From Christensenellaceae bacterium (lineage in GTDB: Bacteria; Bacillota; Clostridia; Christensenellales; UBA1750): a stretch of 64,000 nucleotides of DNA. A program made the translations under genes and the position numbers. Positions 17,563 through 26,981 of the stretch are shown here, piece after piece. The stretch spans positions 1,665-65,664 of the forward strand of contig JAITGM010000016.1 of NCBI GenBank assembly GCA_031280685.1, read 5' to 3'. The notes under the pieces were generated by a model that worked only from the letters and a program-made list of their open reading frames with translations, was not told where the DNA came from and did no database searches. The number at the start of each line of letters is the position of its first letter. The stretch's first letter is position 1.

Positions 17563-18897
17563 CTATTTTTTAATCTTCATGTCCTTATCGAGCTTGCCAA
17601 TTTCAAGGGGCATCACCAGCGCAAAGCGCGAATCGTGCCCTATCACGCGCACGGGTACGAACTCGTTGCTCTCGTAGAGGAAAACCCCGGTGATGCCGCC
17701 GCTCGTCTTCAACGAGCCGAGAGGCACCCGCATGCCCTCCACCCGGCCGCCGACCAGCGCAGTCGCGCGCCTGGTGTTGAGCAGCGAGGCGATGCTCTGA
17801 TTGATCTCAAGCACCACATAGAGGTCGCCCACATCCCCCACCATGGACTTGACCTTAGCCGCATAGACCAGATCCGCATCCCGGCTAAAGCGCAGCTCGC
17901 AGCTTTCGCCCGCGCCGATGGTCCAGTTCGCGTCGTCGGTGCGCAGAATCGCGTACCAGTGCTCCTCGTTCACCACGCGGAAGAGGGGCTGCCTGCCGCG
18001 AAGCTGGTCGAGCTGGGCCGGGTCGGTATGGTCGAAAAACTGCCTGAAGTATTCCGCCTTAAAGTCGTCGCCCTCCAGCACGATGGTCGTCAAATAAGGC
18101 TCGAGCCCGTCGAGCTGGTAGCTCACCAGGCCGTCAGTCGGCGCGGAGTATTCGCTCCGCCAGCCGTCGATCTGGCTTAAAATCTGGGAACGTTTGGCAT
18201 ACATTTGCGTGAGCGTCGTGTTGCGCTGGGCGCTGGGCGTGCCCTCTAAATAGGCCTGCTTTTGCTCCATCAGCAGGCCAAGCTCCTTCTCCATCTCGAC
18301 CAGAGCCTGCGTGTTCCCCGCGCGCACGGCCTGGCCAACCTCCTCGCGCTTTTGGTAAATGCCGCCGTCCATAGCGCTGAGCTGCTGATCGACGATCTGG
18401 GTCAGCTCTGGGTAGAGGTTCGATTGCTGCTGCATGTTGATGCGCTCGTTTTCGGTGGCCAAGTCAGAAACGATCTTTTGCGTGTAGCCTGATGAGTAAA
18501 AGTTCAGCACAGGCTGGCCGGCCCTGGCCTCGTCCCCGTCGCCAAGAATGTACTTCGCCGTGCCGTAACCCTCGGCGCGCACCGTGGTCTCCTCCCTGAG
18601 CAGGATCGCGGGGAAGGATTTGGTCGTTTCCATCATGCCGTAGCTCACCTGCGCATAGCCCGCAAACAGCAGCCGCAGCAGCGACACGGCCCCATACACG
18701 AGCAGGGCCAAAATGGCCAAAAACAGTGCTAAAAACGCAAAAAAGCGCGGCTTCACCCGCACGGTGGGGCCTTGCTTTTTGGGCGCGCGAAGCTGGCGCT
18801 CCTCTCGCTCGGCCCCGGCCCTTTTCCTGGGGCGCTCCTCGGGCTCTGCAGCGCGGCGCAAACTCTCGCGCATGCTGTTTTTGCGGTAATACTGCAT
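17563..18897 (-). CDS. Membrane-anchored hypothetical protein with HlyD-like/coiled-coil ectodomain
   Basis: 444-aa ORF. It has a basic N-terminus, one TM helix (FFAFLALFLAILALLVYGAV), then coiled-coil and beta-rich regions. The family assignment is tentative. Confidence 0.6.
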   Translation of the reverse strand: MQYYRKNSMRESLRRAAEPEERPRKRAGAEREERQLRAPKKQGPTVRVKPRFFAFLALFLAILALLVYGAVSLLRLLFAGYAQVSYGMMETTKSFPAILLREETTVRAEGYGTAKYILGDGDEARAGQPVLNFYSSGYTQKIVSDLATENERINMQQQSNLYPELTQIVDQQLSAMDGGIYQKREEVGQAVRAGNTQALVEMEKELGLLMEQKQAYLEGTPSAQRNTTLTQMYAKRSQILSQIDGWRSEYSAPTDGLVSYQLDGLEPYLTTIVLEGDDFKAEYFRQFFDHTDPAQLDQLRGRQPLFRVVNEEHWYAILRTDDANWTIGAGESCELRFSRDADLVYAAKVKSMVGDVGDLYVVLEINQSIASLLNTRRATALVGGRVEGMRVPLGSLKTSGGITGVFLYESNEFVPVRVIGHDSRFALVMPLEIGKLDKDMKIKK

Positions 18898-18918
18898 CTT
18901 GCTCCTAAACCGGCGCCG

Positions 18919-19674
18919 TCAGGCGCTCAAAAAGGCGGTTTTCAGCCTTTTTAGCAGCTTCCTCTCGATTCTGGATATGTACATCTGCGATACGTTCAGG
19001 CCCTCGGCCACCTGCCGCTGCGAAAGGCCTTCAAAAAAGCGCCTTTCAAGGATGGAGCGGTGCTCCGCGGGCAGGGCGGAAAGCTCCTTTTCAATCATGT
19101 CCTGCATGGCGATGCGCTCATAGCCTTCTTCCTCCTGGCCCAGGAAGGCCGAAAGCTTGGCCCCTTCGTCGTCCGCGATCTCCGCGTCGATTGAGCTCGC
19201 CCGCGCCAGCCCCCTGGCCTTTAGCGTGCTGAGCAGCTCCTCAATGGAAAGCCCGGTTTCCGCGGCAAGCTCCTGCGGCGTTGGGCCGCGCCCGAGGGTT
19301 TGGATCAGCTTTTCGCTCGCCGCATCCACCTTTGAAAGATTCTCGCCCGCCCGCCGCGGCAGCCGAACCAGGCGCGACTTATCCCTAAAATGGTTGCGGA
19401 TCACGCCGGCCAGCGTGGGCATCGCAAAGGAGGAAAACTTTAGCCCCTTTTTAGGCTCAAAGCGCTCCACCGCGCCCACCAGCGCCATCGCGGCCACCTG
19501 ATAAAGGTCGTCATACTCGATTCCACGGCCGGTATAGCGCCTGGCCACCATCGCCGCCAAGGGCAGGTGCTCGGCAACCAACCGGTTGCGCAATTCCCTA
19601 TTCCGGCTCTTTGCATAGAGCCCAAACTCCCTATCGAGTTCCTTCGCGCTTCGCAAGGCCGCCCTCCTTATCAT
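18919..19674 (-). CDS. Sigma-70 family RNA polymerase sigma factor, SigB/SigF/SigG subgroup
   Basis: Region 2 (IEYDDLYQVAAMALVGAVERF) and region 4 HTH (LSQRQVAEGLNVSQMYISRIERKLLKRL) are present. Start re-set to MIRRAALRS, which has GGAGGA 11 nt upstream and lies downstream of a TGcTATACT promoter. Confidence 0.8.
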   Translation of the reverse strand: MIRRAALRSAKELDREFGLYAKSRNRELRNRLVAEHLPLAAMVARRYTGRGIEYDDLYQVAAMALVGAVERFEPKKGLKFSSFAMPTLAGVIRNHFRDKSRLVRLPRRAGENLSKVDAASEKLIQTLGRGPTPQELAAETGLSIEELLSTLKARGLARASSIDAEIADDEGAKLSAFLGQEEEGYERIAMQDMIEKELSALPAEHRSILERRFFEGLSQRQVAEGLNVSQMYISRIERKLLKRLKTAFLSA

Positions 19675-19704
19675 CACAAAATTGATCCTCCGCCTATCCA
19701 TGGG

Positions 19705-19733
19705 CAGTATAGCACAAAGCCTCCGAGCTGAAA
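19705..19733 (-). promoter_or_regulatory. Extended -10 promoter for the sigma-factor gene
   Basis: The minus strand has TTTTCA, a 17-nt spacer, then TGcTATACT. Confidence 0.4.
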
Positions 19734-19779
19734 AGCCGCCTTCCCGGGCCAAATTCCGGCACATGGGCCGAGGAGGAGC

Positions 19780-20412
19780 CTAGCCCAGGAGCAATTTGAG
19801 CTTCGCCTTCTGGGGCGCGCCGCTCATGCTGGTGAGGCGGGCCAAAAGGGCCTGAAGCGCGGCCTCCTCGCCCGCCGCTTCACAGGGGAAGCGCTCCTCG
19901 AGCCTTTGCAGCCTAGCCGATGGCCAGCCGTAGGGCAGCCCGAAGCGGTCGAGCTTTTGCTCCTCGCCGGCGATCGTGACCAGCATCTTCATCTGCAGCT
20001 CGACAGCTGCGCGGTCGAAGCCCTTGGCGCCCACTTCGCGCTTGATCTCGTGGCTCGGGCGGGCCCGCCCCTCGAGCGCGCCGTAAATCCCAAAGGCTTC
20101 GCGGCTTAAAAGCCCGCCTTCATAAAGCTCCTCCGCGCTCCAGTTCTTCCTGCGCAGGGCGATGAAGCAGGGCAGCAGCCCAGCCGCGATAAAGCCAGCC
20201 TGCCCCAAAAAGAACTTTCCGTAAGCGATCTCATCACCCGCGGCGATCTCCATGCGCCAGCCCCAGGGGTCGTCGTCTTCACCAGTAAACCAGGCGTTGG
20301 GCGTGAGCCCGGTCAGGGGGAAGAGCAGCCGCTCCTTCCGGCCCATGAAGGGCACAAAGCCGACTTCAAGCACCCTTTCGTGCAGATCAGCCAGGCTCAA
20401 AATAGGCTTCAT
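19780..20412 (-). CDS. Hypothetical protein (possibly AlkZ/YcaQ-related winged-helix fold; weak recollection only)
   Basis: Start re-set to MKPILSLADLHERV, preceded by GAAGGAGGGG. About 210 aa, with no motif I can name confidently. Confidence 0.55.
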   Translation of the reverse strand: MKPILSLADLHERVLEVGFVPFMGRKERLLFPLTGLTPNAWFTGEDDDPWGWRMEIAAGDEIAYGKFFLGQAGFIAAGLLPCFIALRRKNWSAEELYEGGLLSREAFGIYGALEGRARPSHEIKREVGAKGFDRAAVELQMKMLVTIAGEEQKLDRFGLPYGWPSARLQRLEERFPCEAAGEEAALQALLARLTSMSGAPQKAKLKLLLG

Positions 20413-20647
20413 GGTCTTGCCCCTCCTTCGCTTCTTCCGATGCCTCTTCCCTTCGCCGGCCAATGCCAGGCCTGCTCGCCAGCAGAAAAACAACCGTAGG
20501 CCCCGCCCGAGGGCACTTGCAAGGTTCTCAGCCACTTCATTATAGTATAGTGGTAGGTATATAAGCGATGACGGGCAGAGCGGCCGCAATTTCCCCGCCA
20601 AAAGCGTTGCGCACAACCCATGGCCCTTCGCTCGAGGGCGCGAAGGC

Positions 20648-21577
20648 TCAAAGCGGCCTCCACAGCTCCTCCTCCATCCAACTTCCGATTTCTATGCCCA
20701 TTTTCCCAGCCACGCGGCAAAAATCCTCTGGCGGCGGGGAAAACAGCCGCAATTCCCCGCCCGAAAGCCTTTCACAGCGCAGCAGCGCGGCGTGCAGCAT
20801 GCAGCGCTGCCCCTCGATCTCTTGGCCATAGAGGAAGTCCCCCAGCAGGGGCAGCCCCAAATGCGCCATGTGCACGCGAATCTGGTGCGTGCGGCCGCTC
20901 TCAAGCTCAAAAAGGCCCAAATGCAGGCCTTCGCCGCGGCGAAGCACCCGCAGGCGCGTCTTGGCGGGCGCTCCGCCCTCGCGCACCTCGCGCGCCAGAG
21001 CGGAGCCCGGCTTGCGGGCGATCGGCGCGTCGATTTCGCGTTCGTCAAAGCCCGGCTCGCCGCAAAAAAGCCCCAAATACCTGCGCTTAAAGCGTCCATC
21101 GCGTAACTGCGCCGCGAGGAAATGCTGGGCGTGGGCGTGCTTGGCCGCAGCCAGCAGGCCGGAGGTTGTTCTATCGAGCCTGTTCACCCCGCGAAAGACC
21201 GGGGCCTCGCCCCTTGCCTGCAAGTAGGCTGCCACGAAGTTGGCCAGGCTCTCGCTCTTGTTCCCAGGCCCGGGATGCGCCGAAAGCCGCGGCGGCTTAT
21301 TGAGCACCAGCAGATCCTCATCCTCATAGGCGATGCGCAGTTCGCCCTGCACGGGCAGCAGGCTCTGCTCCGCCCTTTCGGGCTGTTTCAGGATGACGGT
21401 CTGCCCTTCGCGGGCGATGGCGCTCACAAAAACTGGCCGGCCGTCGAGCAAAATGCCGCGCTCGGCCTTCTTGGCGCGCTGCAGGGCGGAGCTTGAAACC
21501 GCGGCCGCCCGAAGGATCTCGCGCAGGGCCTTCCCGTCGCCTTCCGGGCCGACCAGGATGCGAATCTCCTTGCCCAA
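20648..21577 (-). CDS. RluA-family pseudouridine synthase with S4 domain
   Basis: Catalytic motif NRLDRTTSGLL. The ORF-track start at 21805 overlaps the upstream VanW gene. I propose TTG at 21577 (MGKEIRILV...), preceded by AGGGGG; the start is uncertain. Confidence 0.7.
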   Translation of the reverse strand: MGKEIRILVGPEGDGKALREILRAAAVSSSALQRAKKAERGILLDGRPVFVSAIAREGQTVILKQPERAEQSLLPVQGELRIAYEDEDLLVLNKPPRLSAHPGPGNKSESLANFVAAYLQARGEAPVFRGVNRLDRTTSGLLAAAKHAHAQHFLAAQLRDGRFKRRYLGLFCGEPGFDEREIDAPIARKPGSALAREVREGGAPAKTRLRVLRRGEGLHLGLFELESGRTHQIRVHMAHLGLPLLGDFLYGQEIEGQRCMLHAALLRCERLSGGELRLFSPPPEDFCRVAGKMGIEIGSWMEEELWRPL

Positions 21578-21644
21578 AAGGCCCCGCCCCCTCGCCCCTT
21601 TGATGTGAAAAGCCCCCGGGCCGCAACGCCCAAGGGCCGCAAGG

Positions 21645-23303
21645 TTATTCCATCGGGCTGCCTTCGCCGCCCGGCTGCTCCGGTTCCTCGGTCGGCACCA
21701 CGTAGTTGCCCGGCCCGGGCAAGGCGCTTGAGTTGCGTTCATACACCGAGGCCTTGGCCGGGTAATTGCTCGTGTGCAGCAGCTCGCGCGAAAGTTCAGC
21801 GCCATCCCTCTTCTTCACGATGAAGGTGCGGTATTTCGCGCCGCTGCGCCCCTCGGTCACGAGGATTTCCTCGCCGTAGGCCAGCGCCGGGTTTTCCTTA
21901 TATTGATTCTCGGGCTGCGGCGTTTCTGAAATCAGCTCCGTCACAAGCTCGATGCTTTCGGTTTCGGCCAGGAGGGGCGCGGTGCCATAGAGCGAGGCAG
22001 TGAGCTTCTTTCCCTCCATGTCCATGCCAAAAACCACGGCGACCGGGCCCGTGGAGGTATTGACGAACCTGAAGTCCTTGCTTGGGTAGTCGATGGCGGC
22101 ATCCTCGCTCTCGGGCACGTAGGTGGATTTGATGGTGTGGTTGTGCCTTTCGGTCACCTTAAGCCCGGCGCGGATCACCGCGTTGAACAGCGTGGAGGAA
22201 ACCTGGCAGACCCCGCCGCCCGGCTCCTCGACATAGACGCCGTTCTTGATCACCTTCGCCTCGCGGTAGCCCTTGGCCGGCGTCCTCTCGCCCGTGATCT
22301 GGTTGATCGAAAATTCCTCGCCCGGCAGCACCACGTAGCCGCTCAGGGCGGTTGAGCACAGGCGGATATTTTCGTTGCGGTTGGTGCTCGACTTAAAGGT
22401 CGTCGAGAACTTTTTGAGCAGCACCGCGCTCTCGATCTCGCTGGCGCTGATGGCGGGCTTCATTTCCTTTAATACAGCCTGGATTGGCAGATCGAACTCG
22501 CCGCTTGCGAGTGCGTATTCCACCAAGGCTTTTAGGCTTTCGCGCTCCAGCGCCAGGCCGCTCTTGCCGCTTTCGGCCACGAAGACCTTCTTGGCCGGGT
22601 CAAAGCTCTGGATCTTGGCATCGACCGGGCTTTCTTCCATCAAGGCGGCCACCTTTTCGATCTCGGCGTCGAGATCCCAAATCGAGTAGCCCTGCTTTAA
22701 TTCAAACTCCCTGGGCGTGCGCGAAAGCTCGGCGATTTGCAGCAGCCTGACTTCCTCGCTGCCCTCGCGCCCGAGCCGCCAGGCTTCATCCAGCACGGTG
22801 GAAACGTCGCTGCCGCTCAAAACCGGAATCGCGTAGCTTTGGCCGTTGCCTTCCACCACGATGCTCTTGCCTTGCTCGGAAATGCCGATCTGCCCCAGGG
22901 CCGAAAGCGCCTGCGCCTTCGTCATGCCCCCGACCGGCACGCCGGCGATGACGATGCCCGGATAATAGCTATTTTGGTTGAGGAGCACCGTATTTTGCTG
23001 CTGCAGGGCGAACTGGTTAGCCAGGTCAGTCTGCTGGCGGGCTTCGTCTTGCTTCGCCGCAGCAATTCGCCAGCCCACGAACAGGGCCACCCCCAGCAAG
23101 GCCACCGTCAGGCAGGCCAGAATCAGGCTCTTGGGCGCCTTGCTGCCCGGCCTTCGCCCCCCCGGACCCGAGCCCGATGAGGAAGCCCTCCGTTGCGCGC
23201 TTCCCCTTGCAGGCTGCCGCTTCGCCCCGCCGCCGCTTCGCGCGGGTGCGTAATGGCGCTCGCCGTAATCGTCGTAGTAGTTGTCGCGTCTTCTTTGCGG
23301 CAT
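21645..23303 (-). CDS. VanW/YoaR-like protein with N-terminal TM anchor and C-terminal G5-like domain
   Basis: 552-aa ORF. VanW core motifs (GGGVCQVSSTLFNAV, ERHNH) follow a TM helix. The C-terminus YGEEILVTEGRSGAKYRTFIVKKRDGAE is G5-like. Confidence 0.8.
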   Translation of the reverse strand: MPQRRRDNYYDDYGERHYAPARSGGGAKRQPARGSAQRRASSSGSGPGGRRPGSKAPKSLILACLTVALLGVALFVGWRIAAAKQDEARQQTDLANQFALQQQNTVLLNQNSYYPGIVIAGVPVGGMTKAQALSALGQIGISEQGKSIVVEGNGQSYAIPVLSGSDVSTVLDEAWRLGREGSEEVRLLQIAELSRTPREFELKQGYSIWDLDAEIEKVAALMEESPVDAKIQSFDPAKKVFVAESGKSGLALERESLKALVEYALASGEFDLPIQAVLKEMKPAISASEIESAVLLKKFSTTFKSSTNRNENIRLCSTALSGYVVLPGEEFSINQITGERTPAKGYREAKVIKNGVYVEEPGGGVCQVSSTLFNAVIRAGLKVTERHNHTIKSTYVPESEDAAIDYPSKDFRFVNTSTGPVAVVFGMDMEGKKLTASLYGTAPLLAETESIELVTELISETPQPENQYKENPALAYGEEILVTEGRSGAKYRTFIVKKRDGAELSRELLHTSNYPAKASVYERNSSALPGPGNYVVPTEEPEQPGGEGSPME

Positions 23304-23359
23304 CTGGAAACCCCTTTCAAAGCTAGGCCACGGTCTTTCGCGCCTGCCGATTCTTTAAA

Positions 23360-24997
23360 TCAATTCGCGCCGCCATAGCTCTGCCCGCCGTTGCCGGAGC
23401 TTGGCGCGCCACCCGGATCCTGCCCTTCGCCCGTGGAAGGCGGGTTTCCGCCTGAGCTTGAGCCGGAATCGCCCGAGGTCGATCCGCTCGAACCCGACCC
23501 GCCCGAGGTCGATCCGCCCGAGCCTGAACTGCCGCTGGCAGGCGCGCTCCCCGCGCCGCTTTCGTAAATCGAACCCGGCCCATAGACGTATTTTGCCCGG
23601 ATCGGCGGGTAAGCACTCCTGAAAAGGACTTTTTCTTCGGTCACTTTATCATCCTTGCGATATTGGATGTAGGTGGTGGCGTTTTTGCCGTCCCGCCCCT
23701 TGCGCAGCTGGTTCGCGGCGCCGTAGGCCAGGCTGGGGTCAAACTCATAAATGTCTTCACCGCGGGGCACGGTCTTATCGACCGTGGAACGCAGGGTGAT
23801 CTTCATGCCCTCTTCCAGGATGGGCTTGCCGTAGACCGAAACCGTGAGCTGGTTCCCAGAGAAGCTCGAAACCAGGTAGATCGGCGCGTCCGAATTGTTG
23901 CGAAACTTAAAATCGAGCGAAGGGTAGTCGATCGTGGCGTCCATGCCGATCTCGACATAGTCCGACGGCCAGGAGTGGTTGTGCCGCTCAACGATCTCAA
24001 GCCCGGCGCGCACCACCGCGTTAAACAAGGTGGACGAAACCTGGCAAACCCCGCCACCTGGCTCTTCGATCAGCACACCGTCGCGAATCGCCCCCGCGTC
24101 CTTGTAGCCCTTCGCGGCCGTTCGCGGCCCCGTGAGCGCGTTGACCGAAAACACCTCGCCGGGCGCGACCACGTGGCCATTGAAGGCCGCCGCACAAAGG
24201 CGAATGTTGTTGTTGCGGTTGGCCACGTCTGTGGTCTTGGTGGTGAAGCTCGCAAGCTTCTTGTTTTGCGTTTCCAGCTCCTCGCGGGTCACGCTGGGCG
24301 AAAGGGGCAGGATCTCGGCGCTCAGGCCCTGTGAAAAGTCTTCGTCCGCTATCTGCTGATAGATCTGCTGGGTGAGCTTTTCGGCGTTTACGGCCTCGCC
24401 CGGCGCCTCGTCGCTGAAGGTGAAACTGGCCGAGGCCGGGTCAAAACTCGAAACCGCGGCATCCACCGCGGGCTTTAGGTTCTCGCTCTCGATCTTGGCC
24501 AAAAACGCCCCGATTCCGGATGTTTTCAGCTCGACCGCCACGGAATACTCCGCACCGGACTGCGCGAGCCCCGAAACGACCGCATAGCGCTCCTGCAGGG
24601 AACCTTCGCGGCCCTTATTGAAGACTTCGACCAGCACCTCGTCCAGGTTGTTCGTCGAGGGGATGGGCAAGCTGTATTCCTTGCCCCCCGCGCTGACGCG
24701 CACCACGCGCGCAAGGTCGTCCCTGTGCAGCTTTTCGGCTATTAGGGACTTGGCCTCCTCATATTCCATGCCGCTCAGGTCGATGCCCTCCACCCGGCTG
24801 CCCGCGAAGAAGCCCGAGGCGGAAACCGCCGCCTGCATGGCGTCAAGCTCCTTTTGCTCGCCCAAATAGGCATACGCCACGCCTGCCGAAGCCACGAAGA
24901 AGGCGACGGCCAGCACGACGAGCAGCCCCGTCAATGTGCCCCTGGGCGCCTTTGGCGGCCGCTGTTCCCGCCCGAAACCTTCACCTAGCTGAGCCAC
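23360..24997 (-). CDS. VanW/YoaR-like protein paralog with a Ser/Gly-rich C-terminal tail
   Basis: 545-aa ORF collinear with its neighbour (GGGVCQVSSTLFNAV, ERHNHS). GTG start is preceded by AAGGGGGAAGGA. The C-terminus is low-complexity (GSSGSGGSTSGGSGSSGSTSGDSGSSSGG). Confidence 0.8.
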   Translation of the reverse strand: MAQLGEGFGREQRPPKAPRGTLTGLLVVLAVAFFVASAGVAYAYLGEQKELDAMQAAVSASGFFAGSRVEGIDLSGMEYEEAKSLIAEKLHRDDLARVVRVSAGGKEYSLPIPSTNNLDEVLVEVFNKGREGSLQERYAVVSGLAQSGAEYSVAVELKTSGIGAFLAKIESENLKPAVDAAVSSFDPASASFTFSDEAPGEAVNAEKLTQQIYQQIADEDFSQGLSAEILPLSPSVTREELETQNKKLASFTTKTTDVANRNNNIRLCAAAFNGHVVAPGEVFSVNALTGPRTAAKGYKDAGAIRDGVLIEEPGGGVCQVSSTLFNAVVRAGLEIVERHNHSWPSDYVEIGMDATIDYPSLDFKFRNNSDAPIYLVSSFSGNQLTVSVYGKPILEEGMKITLRSTVDKTVPRGEDIYEFDPSLAYGAANQLRKGRDGKNATTYIQYRKDDKVTEEKVLFRSAYPPIRAKYVYGPGSIYESGAGSAPASGSSGSGGSTSGGSGSSGSTSGDSGSSSGGNPPSTGEGQDPGGAPSSGNGGQSYGGAN

Positions 24998-25150
24998 GAT
25001 CCTTCCCCCTTAAAGCCTTTCTATTCTGCCACTCATTTTGCCACAAAACAGACGCGTTCGCAATGCAAAATGTTGCAAAATCTTCATAACTTATCTCCTC
25101 TCCGCTTTGGACCACCCTGCCCCGCGGTTCGCGTTCAAGGGCCCCGGCGC

Positions 25151-25233
25151 AAAAAAAGAGCCGGACGCAAAGCGTCCGGCCAGCAAAAGAGTAGGAGGAG
25201 TGACCAACGATACTGCCGAAAAACCTTCGGCCT
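25151..25233 (-). ncRNA. Candidate small RNA (~80 nt) ending in a strong intrinsic terminator
   Basis: On the minus strand a possible promoter reads TTGCAT (25269-25264), 18 nt, CATAGT (25245-25240). The transcript would carry hairpin GCCGAA/TTCGGC, a single-stranded stretch with CUCCUCC, and terminator GCCGGACGC-ttt-GCGTCCGGC followed by TCTTTTTTT. No coding gene ends here on this strand. Confidence 0.3.
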
Positions 25234-25377
25234 GCGCTTACTATGCCCGCTTTTGCCCAACTGATGCAACATAAAGAGAAAATTTCTTCAAAAGGGCGCG
25301 GCGCAGGCTTAAAACGGGCCGTCTTGCGGCTTTTCCTTCAATATGATATGATGTTGCCCGTGGGGGAGGGAGCTTTG

Positions 25378-25935
25378 ATGCGCATCATCGCGGGGGCACA
25401 TCGGGGGCGCAAGCTGCAAGGCCCGCCCGGCGAAACAACCCGCCCCACCCTTGGCAGGGCGCGCGAAGCCCTGTTTTCCATCCTTGGCGCGGCCCTGCCC
25501 GGCGCCATGGTTCTTGACGCCTTCGCGGGCTCCGGTGCCCTGGGCCTTGAAGCCCTAAGCCGCGGCGCCGCGTTTTGCTGCTTTTGCGAGCAAGATCCGG
25601 CCGCGCTTGGCGCGCTAAGGGCCAATATCGCGGCGCTGCGCTTTGAATGCTCCTCCGGGCTCTGCCCGGGCGATTTTTTCTTGGCCTTGCCGCGCTTTCG
25701 GCGGGAAAGTCCGCGTTTTTCGCTCGCGTTTCTCGATCCGCCCTATGCGTCCGGGCTGCTGGAACCCAGCCTGAGCGCCTTGCGCGATGGCATATTGGCG
25801 CCCGGCGCCCTGGTGGTCTGCGAGGCGGAGCGCGGCACGGCGCTGTGCCTCCCTCCGGGCTTTGAGCAGGTCACGGAGCGCGTCTATGGGCGCAACGCCC
25901 TCTGGATTTACCGCCTTGCCCCGCAAAAGGCCTAA
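25378..25935 (+). CDS. rsmD: 16S rRNA (guanine966-N2)-methyltransferase RsmD
   Basis: Start re-set to MRIIAGAHRGRKL, preceded by GGGGGAGGG. SAM motif LDAFAGSGALGLEALSRGA and catalytic DPPY are present. Sits upstream of coaD as ylbH-ylbI does in Bacillus. Confidence 0.85.
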   Translation: MRIIAGAHRGRKLQGPPGETTRPTLGRAREALFSILGAALPGAMVLDAFAGSGALGLEALSRGAAFCCFCEQDPAALGALRANIAALRFECSSGLCPGDFFLALPRFRRESPRFSLAFLDPPYASGLLEPSLSALRDGILAPGALVVCEAERGTALCLPPGFEQVTERVYGRNALWIYRLAPQKA

Positions 25936-25951
25936 ATAAGGGGATGAAGCC

Positions 25952-26431
25952 ATGGCAGCCTGTTTATTTCCCGGCAGTTTTGACCCGCTCACCAACGGCC
26001 ACCTCGATCTCATCGCGCGCCTTGCCGCGCTGTATGACGAGGTCGTGGTCTGCGTGATGCAAAACCCGGCAAAACGCTCCCTCTTCAGCATAGAAGAGCG
26101 GCTCACCCTCATCCGGCAGGCATGCGAGGGCCTTGTTCCCAACGCGCGCGCGGTTTCCCACGCGGGCTTTACGGTGGAGGCCGCGAAAAAAGAGGGCTGC
26201 GCAGTCATGGCGCGCGGCCTGCGCGGCGCTGCGGACTATGAATACGAAACCCAGCTCGCCCTGGTCAACCGCCACCTGGCCCCTAAGATCGAAACCCTCT
26301 TCCTTCCCGCCGATCCCAAGCTGAGCGCGGTTTCCTCGAGCTTCATCCGCGAGATTCACGCTTTGGGCGGCGATGTTTCCGCCCTGGTGCCGGCCTGCGT
26401 CCTTCGCGCGCTGCAGGCGCCCAAAGCCTAG
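25952..26431 (+). CDS. coaD: Pantetheine-phosphate adenylyltransferase
   Basis: 159-aa ORF with the GSFDPLTNGHLD nucleotidyltransferase motif. Confidence 0.9.
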   Translation: MAACLFPGSFDPLTNGHLDLIARLAALYDEVVVCVMQNPAKRSLFSIEERLTLIRQACEGLVPNARAVSHAGFTVEAAKKEGCAVMARGLRGAADYEYETQLALVNRHLAPKIETLFLPADPKLSAVSSSFIREIHALGGDVSALVPACVLRALQAPKA

Positions 26432-26517
26432 AACCCCAAAGGGGCTTCGCCCTTTGCGCATACGCCCTCGTTTGCCCTTGCAAACCGCCTTATATTTCCC
26501 AGAAGGAGAGATTCCCG

Positions 26518-26979
26518 ATGAATATCTCAGTGACGGAGCTCATCAACCACCTCTCTGACGCGCTCGAAAACGCCTCGCCCGTGCCCTTGACGGGCAAACG
26601 GCTGGTGGATGTGGAAACTTGCCTCGATATCGTGGCCGAGCTCCGCAATTCCCTGCCCGATAACATCAAGCAGGCCGAGATGATCGTCAGAGACAGGGAC
26701 CGCATCCTGCGCGAAGCCGACCTTCAGGCGCAGGATATCATTCACGATGCCGAAATGCAGTTCAACCGCCTCGTCAATGACGACAGCATCACCCTGGAAG
26801 CCCAGCGCCGTGCGAAAGACATTATCGCCAGCGCCCGCCATCAGGCGGATGAAGACCGGGTGGCGGCCGATGAGTACATCGACGAGATGCTCGCCAGCCT
26901 CGAGAAGTATACCCGCTCGATCTTCGAAGATGTGCGCAACAACCGCCAGGAGCTTGGCGGCGGCCCTGCGGCCGAATAA
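26518..26979 (+). CDS. Hypothetical coiled-coil protein (ATP-synthase subunit b/H-like helical repeats)
   Basis: 153-aa ORF preceded by GAAGGAGAG. It is highly charged and helical (…AEMIVRDRDRILREADLQAQDIIHDAEMQ…). No enzymatic motif. Confidence 0.6.
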   Translation: MNISVTELINHLSDALENASPVPLTGKRLVDVETCLDIVAELRNSLPDNIKQAEMIVRDRDRILREADLQAQDIIHDAEMQFNRLVNDDSITLEAQRRAKDIIASARHQADEDRVAADEYIDEMLASLEKYTRSIFEDVRNNRQELGGGPAAE

Positions 26980-26981
26980 CG

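Noticed and set aside
23401-23560. Apparent DNA tandem repeats at the 3' end of the VanW paralog
   Set aside because: They are imperfect and simply encode the Ser/Gly low-complexity tail. They are not an independent repeat element.
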